Shown: one piece after another, positions 29,159 through 37,376 of the stretch | Layout of the letters: each line of letters opens with the position of its first letter | Position numbering within the stretch: position 1 is the first letter of the stretch | Source of the DNA: Candidatus Nomurabacteria bacterium RIFCSPLOWO2_01_FULL_41_18 | GTDB taxonomy: Bacteria > Patescibacteriota > Minisyncoccia > Phycocordibacterales > UBA9973 | Assembly (NCBI GenBank): GCA_001785865.1 | Contig: MFUZ01000006.1 | Coordinates: 45,674-109,673, forward strand | Direction of reading: 5' to 3' | Length of the DNA: 64,000 bases | The notes under the pieces: generated by a model | Database searches by the model: none | What the model saw: only the letters and a program-made list of their open reading frames with translations | Told to the model about the DNA's origin: nothing | Program-made: the position numbers and the translations under genes

Positions 29159-30085
29159 ATGAAAATTTTAGATGTTGGCCCAGGCCAGATCGGGAATGAG
29201 CTTGCCTTACAGGCTCACGGAAGGGGTCACACGACCTCTTTCTTCGGACGAAACGATCCGAAAAACACATTCCGCCAGAGAGCGGAGGAGAGTGATGTCG
29301 TGGCTATCACAATCCCTAGCGAAGGTGGGGGTGACGATGAAGTTTTCTACGCACTTGAAAGTCTTGCGGCGGGCAAACCTGTTGCAATCGCGGCAAAGTG
29401 TGCAAATGCTTACCAGTCTGAAAAGATCAAACCCCATCTTTCGCAAATGGGTATAACCACCACAGCGGGAGGGCCGAGTGGAATGCTTAACCTTATCTTG
29501 ACGCCACAGCTTGGCCTCAGGAAGATCGTGACAATTCCAAACGGAACCCTTTGCTTCATGTTCAGCCGAACAGCAGAGGGGGTGCCTTGGGAGCAGGCTT
29601 TGGAAGAGGCTACCAAGGAAGGGCTTACCGAGGGTGGATCTGGTTTGGAAGAAGTGTTCCGTGGAGAGACATGGGATACGATCTTGAAAACGTCAGGCAT
29701 CGGAAATCTTGCAGGGATCTTTCGAGAGCCTTTGATTCCGGACGAGTTCAGCACTTCGATACTTAGCAAGACGGAAATCTTGCGATTACTCGGAGCAAAA
29801 AAATTCCGTTTCATCGTACGGATGGTTAAACAGCCAAGAAGCAAAACCTATTCGTGCTTTCCGGGATTTTATGTTCGGAAAGAAGGTTGGGACATCATTG
29901 GTGAATTCGCGGAGCCGGATCAGTCTGAGTTTCTTGGCAATGTTCCGTGTGGCAAGCAAAACACGCTCATCACCTGGAACTACGCTGGCAGGAACCAAAT
30001 CACCGGCGACGGCGCCGGAATCAAAGCAACTGCGAGTACATTGCTCGGAGAGCTCGAGTGGCTTCATGCAAATCGAAAAAACTAA
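29159..30085 (+). CDS. homoserine dehydrogenase-like NAD(P)-binding protein (GC-rich gene)
   Basis: N-terminal GxGxxG (VGPGQIG). ALESLAAGKPVAIAAKCA resembles HSDH ALeaGkhVVTANKA. IPNGTLCFMFSRTAEGVPWEQALEEATKEGLTE resembles ILNGTTNfIL..M...g.sf.eaL.eAq.lGyaE. GC is visibly higher than in flanking genes. No thrB or thrC nearby. Confidence 0.45.
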   Translation: MKILDVGPGQIGNELALQAHGRGHTTSFFGRNDPKNTFRQRAEESDVVAITIPSEGGGDDEVFYALESLAAGKPVAIAAKCANAYQSEKIKPHLSQMGITTTAGGPSGMLNLILTPQLGLRKIVTIPNGTLCFMFSRTAEGVPWEQALEEATKEGLTEGGSGLEEVFRGETWDTILKTSGIGNLAGIFREPLIPDEFSTSILSKTEILRLLGAKKFRFIVRMVKQPRSKTYSCFPGFYVRKEGWDIIGEFAEPDQSEFLGNVPCGKQNTLITWNYAGRNQITGDGAGIKATASTLLGELEWLHANRKN

Positions 30086-30241
30086 CAACAACATCAGCTA
30101 ACAACAAAACCTTAACGAAAGGAGGATAACATCATGTACAAAAAACTATCAGCACGTTTGCGCCAGAAAAATCGGCGCAAACATGCTTGGATCTCCGCCT
30201 TGCGAAAGGCTGGAGAAAAGGCTAGAAGTTTCAATTAGCCT

Positions 30242-30275
30242 AAAGGGGGCGCTCGAACATTTGGGCGCCCTTTTT
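30242..30275. terminator. terminator between convergent genes (HSDH-like gene and cysS)
   Basis: AAAGG-GGGCGC-tcgaacatttgg-GCGCCC-TTTTT. Confidence 0.6.
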
Positions 30276-30279
30276 AATT

Positions 30280-31668
30280 CTAAATCCTAGAAACTTTCTG
30301 CCCATCTCCTGTATCTTTTATCTCATACCCCAGATAATTTATTTCTTTTCGTAGTTCATCGGACTTTTGGAAATCTTTATTTTTGCGGGCTTCTTCTCTT
30401 GCTTTTATTAGTTTTGAAACTTCTTCTGGTATACTAATTTCTTTTGCTTCTTTTAAATCTGCAAAGCCTAATCCAAGTACTTTATCAAAATCCAAAACTG
30501 TGGCTTTTTTGTCAGCAGGAGAAATACTTTCGTTTTTTAAGACATCCCAAAGTACGGTAAGCGCGCGCGGAGTATCGAGATCATCTGTGATGAATCCTTT
30601 GAATTTATGCTGGGATTCGTGGTGTATCTGTCCTATTTCATCTCCTAGCTCCAAATAGAGGTTAAAAAGGCGTTTTAGGGCTGTTTCTGCGCCTTCCAGA
30701 GCTTCCCAGACGAAGTTTACCTTGGTCCGGTAACTAGCCATTAACAGCCAAAAGCGGTAGGTTGTGGGGCTTATATTTTTTTCGCTTAGGCTATCTAACT
30801 TGAGGAAATTACCCGCTGATTTGGACATTTTTTCCGAGCCAGTATCGACAAATTCATTATGCATCCAGAATCTGACAAAAGGTTTTTTTCCGGTTGCGCA
30901 TTCTGATTGAGCTATCTCGTTGGTATGGTGTGTCGGAATAAGATCAATGCCTCCGGTATGGATATCGAACTGCTCTCCCAAGAATTTGAGGCTCATCGCC
31001 GAGCATTCAATATGCCAGCCGGGGAAACCCTTGCCCCAAGGAGACTCAAAGCCGATTTTTTCATTAAACTTCCAGAGAGCAAAATCTTCAGGATTTTTTT
31101 TCTCCTTGTTTTCGGCGATTCTGGCATGGTCTTCATTTCTTTCTCTTTTTCCTCCCCAAAGCACTCCATAGTCAGGCATCTTGGACGTGTCGAAATAAAT
31201 CCCGTCATTCGTTTTGTATGTGTATTTATTTTCTTCGAGCTTTCCTATCAACTCGGTATCTTCTTTTATATGATCGCTTGCGAAATAAATATGACTGGGT
31301 ATTTTTATATTGAGTTTGTTCAGATCTTCCTTAAATTTTTCCGTGTAGAATTCCGCGAGCCCTCTCATATTTTTTAAATTCAATTCTTTTCCTTCCCGCA
31401 GGAGTCCTTTTGTCATTTTGTCATCGCCCGAATCCGCATCGCTCGAAAGATGCCCGATGTCGGTGATATTCATGACCCTTTTTACTTCATAACCCGAATA
31501 CTCTAAAGTTTTTTGCAATACGTCAGCAAAAACATAGGCTCGCAGATTACCAATGTGGGTGTAATTGTAGACCGTCGGTCCGCAGGTATACATCCGAACT
31601 TCTTTCTTGTGAATAGGGGAGAAGTTCTCTTTCTTTCGGGATAAAGTATTATAAAATTTAACTGACAT
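30280..31668 (-). CDS. cysS: cysteinyl-tRNA synthetase
   Basis: MYTCGPTVYNYTHIGNLRAY (HIGH), KMSKSAGN (KMSKS), and a Cys-binding class I architecture. Confidence 0.92.
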   Translation of the reverse strand: MSVKFYNTLSRKKENFSPIHKKEVRMYTCGPTVYNYTHIGNLRAYVFADVLQKTLEYSGYEVKRVMNITDIGHLSSDADSGDDKMTKGLLREGKELNLKNMRGLAEFYTEKFKEDLNKLNIKIPSHIYFASDHIKEDTELIGKLEENKYTYKTNDGIYFDTSKMPDYGVLWGGKRERNEDHARIAENKEKKNPEDFALWKFNEKIGFESPWGKGFPGWHIECSAMSLKFLGEQFDIHTGGIDLIPTHHTNEIAQSECATGKKPFVRFWMHNEFVDTGSEKMSKSAGNFLKLDSLSEKNISPTTYRFWLLMASYRTKVNFVWEALEGAETALKRLFNLYLELGDEIGQIHHESQHKFKGFITDDLDTPRALTVLWDVLKNESISPADKKATVLDFDKVLGLGFADLKEAKEISIPEEVSKLIKAREEARKNKDFQKSDELRKEINYLGYEIKDTGDGQKVSRI

Positions 31669-31670
31669 AT

Positions 31671-32702
31671 TTATTGAGGCAAACCGGGAGCTTGGCTGAA
31701 TTCATTCTTATAAATTGAAATGAGGGTATACAAGAGACTAACTGCGAGCGGCCCTACCAGGATGCCTATTGGTCCTAAGGTAGCGATGCCTCCCAACACG
31801 GAAAATAGGATGAGAAGCGGAGGTATGTTGATCTTACTGCCGACGATGATGGGATTCAAGAAATTATCAACCATGCCTACCACGACAACAGACCAGATAA
31901 GGAAGCCCAAGGCTCCGAGCTCATTTCCGGTCGCAAAAAGGAAAATCATGGCTGGTACGGAGACGAAGGCGGTGCCCACCATGGGAACTAGAGATGCGAT
32001 CGCAGCCACTGTGCCCCAGAGCGCTCCGTTTGGAATTCCAAAAATGGAAAATCCGACGCCCATCAATATTCCTTGGATAATTGCGATGACAAAATATCCC
32101 TTAAGGACGCCATTTACGGCCCGCTCCAGCCTAGAAATTATTTTCTTGTCGTCTTTGTCGGCGAGCGGGCTTAGTTCTATTATAGCTTGTCTCCATTTCG
32201 CGCCATCTTTGAGGAAATAAAAAATTGACAAAAATATAAGCACCAGAGAGAAAAAAGCGGAAAGTGTGGCGCTGAATATCTTTGCCACATTATTAGAAAT
32301 AAAAAACGTAAAATCCGAAATCTTTTCTTTGGCGTCAAAGGCAACCCCAGCAGGAAGTATTTTGTGGATGGTACTGTCAATGGACTCGATAAATGAACCG
32401 ACGCTTTGTTCGCCCACGACCGCCTGATATACTCCTTGGCTCTGATTGAATACCAGAACCCCGATGCCGGAAATTGGCCCCAAAAGGACTATTGCAAATA
32501 TTATTACGGTAAAAAGGCTCGACAGCCAGCTCGGTAAGCTCCTTCTCATGAACCATTCATATACAGGATACAGGACTATGGAAAAGGAAATGCTTAGAAC
32601 GATGACTATCCAGAGGGGACGGAAGATGAAAAAGGTGAAAACGAAGGTTGCTAATAGTAGCCCAAAGAAAAAATACCTTTCAATAATTTTTGTTTGCATC
32701 AT
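31671..32702 (-). CDS. AI-2E family (PerM/UPF0118) transporter
   Basis: Eight predicted TM helices. Conserved C-terminal region ...GMVDNFLNPIIVGSKINIPPLLILFSVLGG. The start is trimmed to MMQTK at 32702, because the upstream 57 codons of the ORF run into the rplU promoter region. Confidence 0.7.
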   Translation of the reverse strand: MMQTKIIERYFFFGLLLATFVFTFFIFRPLWIVIVLSISFSIVLYPVYEWFMRRSLPSWLSSLFTVIIFAIVLLGPISGIGVLVFNQSQGVYQAVVGEQSVGSFIESIDSTIHKILPAGVAFDAKEKISDFTFFISNNVAKIFSATLSAFFSLVLIFLSIFYFLKDGAKWRQAIIELSPLADKDDKKIISRLERAVNGVLKGYFVIAIIQGILMGVGFSIFGIPNGALWGTVAAIASLVPMVGTAFVSVPAMIFLFATGNELGALGFLIWSVVVVGMVDNFLNPIIVGSKINIPPLLILFSVLGGIATLGPIGILVGPLAVSLLYTLISIYKNEFSQAPGLPQ

Positions 32703-32759
32703 GTAACTATTATAACAAACTCTTGCCTTTTTGTGAAATATCGTATAATATAAGCCAAT

Positions 32760-33098
32760 ATGAACGCACAGGAATTTGCAGTAATACAAACAGGCGGAAA
32801 GCAATACAAGGTCTCCAAGGGGGATGTTGTTTCTATTGAAAAAATAAAGGGTGGAAAGTCTGGTGAATACCAAAAAGGGGAAAAAGTTTCATTTGATAAG
32901 GTCTTGCTAGTTGATGATGGAAAAGACACCACGATAGGCACTCCGTATATCACAGGCGCAAAAGTAGATGCTGAAATCGTAGAAATCGGACGCGCCCGCA
33001 AAATTCTCGTAGTAAAATATAAACAAAAGTCTCGCTATCTACGCAGAAATGGCCACCGTCAGCCATTTTTCAAGGTAAAAATCACTGAGATAAAATAA
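32760..33098 (+). CDS. rplU: ribosomal protein L21
   Basis: FAVIQTGGKQYKVSKGDVV...KILVVKYKQKSRYLRRNGHRQPFFKVKITEI. Confidence 0.9.
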   Translation: MNAQEFAVIQTGGKQYKVSKGDVVSIEKIKGGKSGEYQKGEKVSFDKVLLVDDGKDTTIGTPYITGAKVDAEIVEIGRARKILVVKYKQKSRYLRRNGHRQPFFKVKITEIK

Positions 33099-33111
33099 AG
33101 AGGTTTTAGCT

Positions 33112-33167
33112 CAAAAACACCCCTAATCTAGCAAAATCGAGCTGATTTTGATGGGATAGGTGGATTT
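33112..33167. repeat. intergenic repeat element, copy 2
   Basis: caaaaacacccctaatctagcaaaatcgagctgattttgatgggataggtggatttta. See copy 1. Confidence 0.6.
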
Positions 33168-33216
33168 TACCTTCTTTTTATGGTTGATTGTTAACCATTT
33201 GTGATATAATCAATCT

Positions 33217-33612
33217 ATGGGTGAAAAATTTGGAGGGACAACTATTGCTCCTGAAGAAGAGATGCCTCCAGAAAAGGCAGATTATGCAGGCGATGCAGAA
33301 AATAACTTAGATAATGTAGATAATACAGATAAGACAGAAAGAGAAAGGACAGATGATGATGTCGCCGTTGATCTTGCGGAGCAGATGTATCATGATTCTA
33401 TTCAGTGGCTTTTGAGTCCTGAAGAACGGGTAGTAATAGAAAGACTCATTGAAATAATTCGAGGAGATAAGAAAAAAGGGAAAAATAATAGCATTACTCT
33501 TGATGTTGTGGAAAAGATCTTTCAAGATTCTATTAAATGGAAATTAACAACTCCTCCTGCAGACCGCAGGGTTATTGAAGAACTTATTAAATTAGCTCGA
33601 AAAAAAGAATAA
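33217..33612 (+). CDS. acidic hypothetical protein with an internal duplicated helix motif
   Basis: Two similar segments: HDSIQWLLSPEERVVIERLIEIIRGDKKKG and QDSIKWKLTTPPADRRVIEELIKLARKKE. No family recognised. Confidence 0.35.
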   Translation: MGEKFGGTTIAPEEEMPPEKADYAGDAENNLDNVDNTDKTERERTDDDVAVDLAEQMYHDSIQWLLSPEERVVIERLIEIIRGDKKKGKNNSITLDVVEKIFQDSIKWKLTTPPADRRVIEELIKLARKKE

Positions 33613-33614
33613 TT

Positions 33615-34241
33615 CTACTGCCTATTTTTTAGCGCGTTTTTGATAGTATCGTTGTCTGAATACTCTAGTTCGGTGCCGGTGGAAAGGCCTTTACCTAAAG
33701 AAGATATTTTTATGCCTGCCCCGTCTTTGGCGGGGTTTTGGGCTATGTCTTTTAGCTGTTCTCGGACATATTGGTCAGTATGGTCACCTTGGGGACTTAG
33801 TGAAAATGCTAGAATTACTTCTTTTAAACTTTTTTCTTCTTTTCTTATTTTATTTTTCAACTCGTCAATTCTGATTCTGCTTTTAGTTGTTTTTTCAACT
33901 ATAGGCACGAGTCCGCCTAAAATAAAATATTTACCACTATACACTCTGCTTTTCTTTATACTTTCCAAATCAGAATCTTTTTCTACTACCAAGAGGGTAG
34001 AGGAGTCTATATTTGTATTACTACAAATGTCGCACAGCTTCTCATTTTTAGACAAAATAAAAAATCTAAAACACTCTTTACATTGCGCCACTTCTTTTTT
34101 TAAATCTGTTATCAGACTAGACAAATTTTCACTATACGCGGGAGTTCTCCCCATCAAGAAATAAACAAAGCGCCTTGCTTGCCTTTCTCCAATACCTGGA
34201 AATTCCTTGAAGACTTCAGCTAGCTTGTCTATGATGTCCAT
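33615..34241 (-). CDS. recR: recombination protein RecR
   Basis: HhH (FKEFPGIGERQARRFVYFLM), C4 zinc finger (CKEC...CDIC) and a Toprim region. Confidence 0.88.
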   Translation of the reverse strand: MDIIDKLAEVFKEFPGIGERQARRFVYFLMGRTPAYSENLSSLITDLKKEVAQCKECFRFFILSKNEKLCDICSNTNIDSSTLLVVEKDSDLESIKKSRVYSGKYFILGGLVPIVEKTTKSRIRIDELKNKIRKEEKSLKEVILAFSLSPQGDHTDQYVREQLKDIAQNPAKDGAGIKISSLGKGLSTGTELEYSDNDTIKNALKNRQ

Positions 34242-34256
34242 TTCTTGATTCTAGCA

Positions 34257-35687
34257 TTAAAATGCATCTAAATCTCCTCTGACTTTTGATGGAGCGAATT
34301 CACTAAGGTTGCTTTTTTCCAGAGTTTGGAATGTGGTTGTTTTTTCATCAAAATAAAGTTCTATTTTTCCAATCGGACCATTTCGGTGTTTTTCAATCAA
34401 AATTTCAACAATGTTCGTTTTTTCTGATTCATCTTTTCCTTTGTCATCTCTATGCAGAAACATCACGACGTCTGCATCCTGTTCTATGGATCCTGAATCG
34501 CGAAGATCGGACAGTCTAGGCTTACCACCGCGAGACTCTACTGCGCGAGAAAGTTGAGAAAGCGCAAGCACTGGCACGTCCAGCTCTTTTGCAAGACTTT
34601 TCAATGATCTACTTATTTCTGTAACCTGATTTACCATAGAATCATAATTTTTAGAAGTTGTCATGAGTTGTAAATAGTCTACGACAATGAGGTCAAGGCC
34701 TTTTTCTGCCTTCAGTCTGCGAGAGAGCGCTTTCATTCTCACTATTGAGTTTCCGGCCTGGTCATCAATGTAAATTTTCGCTTTTGCGAGTTTGTCGAGC
34801 GAATTTTGAAGTTTAGTAAAATCTCCTTTTTCGTCAGAAATGCGTCCCGTACGTAAATTCCACGCATTCACCCGGCTTTCAGCAGAGAGCATTCTGTCCA
34901 CTAGTTGTTGAGAAGACATTTCAAGAGAAAATATCACCACAGATTTATCATGAGTCGTGGAAGTCATACGTGCAATATCGAGTGCGAGAGTGGTCTTACC
35001 CATGCTTGGACGCGCAGCGATGATTATTAAATCAGATTTTTGTAATCCAGAAAGCATATTATCTAAATCTTTGAATCCCGTCGGAAGTCCGCGAAGCATA
35101 CCCTTGTGTTCGTGTAATTTTTCCAATCGTTCGTAGGCTTCTGGTAATGCATCTTTCATATTTACAAATTTCTGATTCTTTGGAGATGATACGACGCTGA
35201 AAATTTTCTTTTCGGCTAGGTCCAGTATGTCATCCATGTGGTCATCGCCTTCTTCAAAAGCGAGCTCGGACACGTAGTCTGCCGCTTCGATTAGGCTTCT
35301 CAAGACATATTTCTTTTGCACGATATCCGCGTAATGTTTGACATTGGTAGAAGAAGGAACAACATTCACTATTTCCGCAAGATAAGCATTGCCTCCGACG
35401 CTTTCAAGCAATTTTTGTTCGCCGAGCTTGGTGGAGAGCGACAGCATATCTATCGGCTCGTTCTTGTTTGCGAGATCGAGCATAGCTTGGAATATTTTTC
35501 TATGCTTTTCCGAATAAAAAGATTCTGGCGTCACCATGTCTTCCACTTCATGCATTGCGTCTTTGCGGAGCATTATAGATCCGAGTACCGCTTGTTCCGA
35601 TTCTAGACTCTGAGGAGGGATCCGTAGATTATTTTTTTTGCCATTTGGCTCAATTTTTTTTTCTGTTTTCGGCACCAGTTTGACCAT
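34257..35687 (-). CDS. dnaB: replicative DNA helicase DnaB
   Basis: N-terminal PQSLESEQAVLGSIML. Walker A ARPSMGKTTLALDIA. RecA-like C-domain. 476 aa. Confidence 0.92.
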   Translation of the reverse strand: MVKLVPKTEKKIEPNGKKNNLRIPPQSLESEQAVLGSIMLRKDAMHEVEDMVTPESFYSEKHRKIFQAMLDLANKNEPIDMLSLSTKLGEQKLLESVGGNAYLAEIVNVVPSSTNVKHYADIVQKKYVLRSLIEAADYVSELAFEEGDDHMDDILDLAEKKIFSVVSSPKNQKFVNMKDALPEAYERLEKLHEHKGMLRGLPTGFKDLDNMLSGLQKSDLIIIAARPSMGKTTLALDIARMTSTTHDKSVVIFSLEMSSQQLVDRMLSAESRVNAWNLRTGRISDEKGDFTKLQNSLDKLAKAKIYIDDQAGNSIVRMKALSRRLKAEKGLDLIVVDYLQLMTTSKNYDSMVNQVTEISRSLKSLAKELDVPVLALSQLSRAVESRGGKPRLSDLRDSGSIEQDADVVMFLHRDDKGKDESEKTNIVEILIEKHRNGPIGKIELYFDEKTTTFQTLEKSNLSEFAPSKVRGDLDAF

Positions 35688-35799
35688 AGGGCTATTCTAC
35701 CACAGCCGGCGAATTGTAAAACTCCCGAAAGTGCTTAAAACTGTTATTAATATGTGGACAAGATCGCAAAAAGAAGGTTTTTATGCTAAAATAACCAGG

Positions 35800-36750
35800 A
35801 TGAATAAAAAAATATCTTTATCGGGAATTCAGCCTTCAGGGAGACCTCACATCGGGAATTATTTTGGCATGATGAAGCAACTCATAAGCCACCAGGAGGA
35901 ATTCGACGTTTATGCTCTGATTGTGGACTATCATGCCATGAAATCAGTGCGCAATCCAGCAGAAATGAAGGAGAATATAATAAATGTCGTGCTTGACTAT
36001 TTAGCTTTGGGTCTCGACTCGAAAAAAGTCACTTTTTTTAAGCAATCGGATGTGTCGGAGCACACCGAGCTTTGTTGGATTTTTGACACTATTACCACTA
36101 TGCCTTACCTCATGCGCGCCCATGCCTTCAAAGATGCACAAGCGAAAAATAAAGAGATTGATGTGGGGACCTTCAATTATCCGGTTTTGATGGCGGCTGA
36201 TATTTTGCTTTACAATCCGGACATAATTCCTGTCGGCGCCGATCAGAAGCAACATGTGGAAATTTCCCGGAACATAGCCGAAAAATTTAACAATACTTTT
36301 GGGGAAACCTTCAAATTGCCAGAGGCGATGATCATGAAAGAGATGGCGGTCATCCCGGGAACGGACGGGCGCAAGATGTCGAAGAGTTACAACAATACCA
36401 TCCCGCTTTTCGCCGAATATGAAGAGATAAAGAAATGCGTGATGAGCATCGTGACTGATTCTGGAGGGGGAATTCCACAAAATGTGTTTGCTATACACAA
36501 GCTTTTTCGTAATGAAAATGAATTAAAGAAAATTTATGAGGAAAAAGCGGGGAAATATAAAGAGCTCAAAGAAATGCTTATAGAAGATCTGGAGAAATTT
36601 ATAGCACCACTACGTGAAAGGCGAAAAGAATTTGCCAAGGATATTCCAAAGGCCCTCGCGGTATTAAGAGAGGGAGGGGAGAAGGCTAAAAAAGTCGCCT
36701 CAAAGAAGATGGATGAGATAAGAGAGAAAATCGGGGTGAAAGTTTATTAA
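35800..36750 (+). CDS. trpS: tryptophanyl-tRNA synthetase
   Basis: SGIQPSGRPHIGNYFG (HIGH-like) and KMSKS. The start is set at MNKKISL, because the upstream part of the ORF overlaps the dnaB N-terminus. Confidence 0.88.
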   Translation: MNKKISLSGIQPSGRPHIGNYFGMMKQLISHQEEFDVYALIVDYHAMKSVRNPAEMKENIINVVLDYLALGLDSKKVTFFKQSDVSEHTELCWIFDTITTMPYLMRAHAFKDAQAKNKEIDVGTFNYPVLMAADILLYNPDIIPVGADQKQHVEISRNIAEKFNNTFGETFKLPEAMIMKEMAVIPGTDGRKMSKSYNNTIPLFAEYEEIKKCVMSIVTDSGGGIPQNVFAIHKLFRNENELKKIYEEKAGKYKELKEMLIEDLEKFIAPLRERRKEFAKDIPKALAVLREGGEKAKKVASKKMDEIREKIGVKVY

Positions 36751-36753
36751 AAT

Positions 36754-37050
36754 ATGAAACATATTAGTAAAAAAATTCCAGAATACAAACAGGAACTGGT
36801 TGAAGTTTTTTCTAAGATTCATGGGGATAAAAATCTCATGAAAGAATTTTTAACAGATGTTCTAACACCAGCAGAATTTGAAGGTTTAGCTTTGCGCTGG
36901 CAAATAGTTAAGAAATTAAATAAAGGCGAGACTCATCGGTCGGTAGCAGGGGATTTAGGTTTAGGTATAAGTACCGTAACTCGTGGCTCTCGGGAGCTTC
37001 GCAATAAAAATGGAGGTTTCCACTTAATGTTGAAGAAACTAAGTAAATAA
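36754..37050 (+). CDS. TrpR-family (YerC/YecD-like) DNA-binding protein
   Basis: LTPAEFEGLALRWQIVKKLNKGETHRSVAGDLGLGISTVTRGSRELRN matches the TrpR-like HTH pattern (..R..I...L..G.sqR.i...LGvs.aTItRGS..L). Confidence 0.7.
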   Translation: MKHISKKIPEYKQELVEVFSKIHGDKNLMKEFLTDVLTPAEFEGLALRWQIVKKLNKGETHRSVAGDLGLGISTVTRGSRELRNKNGGFHLMLKKLSK

Positions 37051-37087
37051 AGAATTAACACCCTACAGTTTTATAAAAGTTATCCCC

Positions 37088-37135
37088 AATGCAATTTGCA
37101 TTATTTTTTTACTATGTTATCATGTACTAGTACAT
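37088..37135. promoter_or_regulatory. two perfect palindromes (AATGCAAtTTGCATT and ATGTACTAGTACAT); candidate TrpR-type operator
   Basis: 37088-37102 is a 15-bp perfect palindrome and 37122-37135 a 14-bp perfect palindrome. The second contains GTACTAGTAC, whose ACTAGT core matches the E. coli TrpR operator half-sites (CGAACTAGTTAACTAGTACG). They lie directly downstream of the TrpR-like gene and about 240 nt upstream of the TrpE-like gene. Confidence 0.45.
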
Positions 37136-37376
37136 AGATACAGAGGTAAGGGTGTTTATGTGAGAAAATATAAAAACATGAAAAACAAATTTCAAATAAA
37201 CAAAACAAGGAAGGGGAAGTCATGGTGGGGCGTAAAAAGCTTAAGTTTTTCGGCTTTTGCGTCTGTCTGTTGATTTCTTTTTACTCTATTTAAAACAAGG
37301 AATCCATTGAGTGGCGCACGAGCGTCATTTTTAGTTCTTTGATAGTAAACCTTAACAATTCAACAACAGGAGAGTT

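Noticed and set aside
30907-32220. + strand ORFs (30907-31377, 31720-32220) opposite cysS and the AI-2E transporter
   Set aside because: Antisense artefacts inside confidently called - strand genes.
32703-32873. N-terminal 57 codons of the AI-2E transporter ORF (MVFTRLSTLYFF...)
   Set aside because: This stretch overlaps the divergent rplU promoter region and is Cys/Tyr-rich junk-like sequence. The conserved transporter begins at MMQTK (32702).
35638-35799. Upstream extension of the trpS ORF (MPFGSIFF...)
   Set aside because: It overlaps the dnaB N-terminus on the other strand. The TrpRS homology begins at MNKKISLSGIQPSG.
36001-36498. 165-aa - strand ORF inside trpS
   Set aside because: Antisense to a gene with clear HIGH and KMSKS motifs.
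37140-37376. T-box leader upstream of the TrpE-like gene
   Set aside because: There is no AGGGUGGNACCGCG T-box sequence and no specifier/antiterminator architecture. The small ORF MVGRKKLKFFGFCVCLLISFYSI has no Trp codons, so it is not a trp leader peptide.
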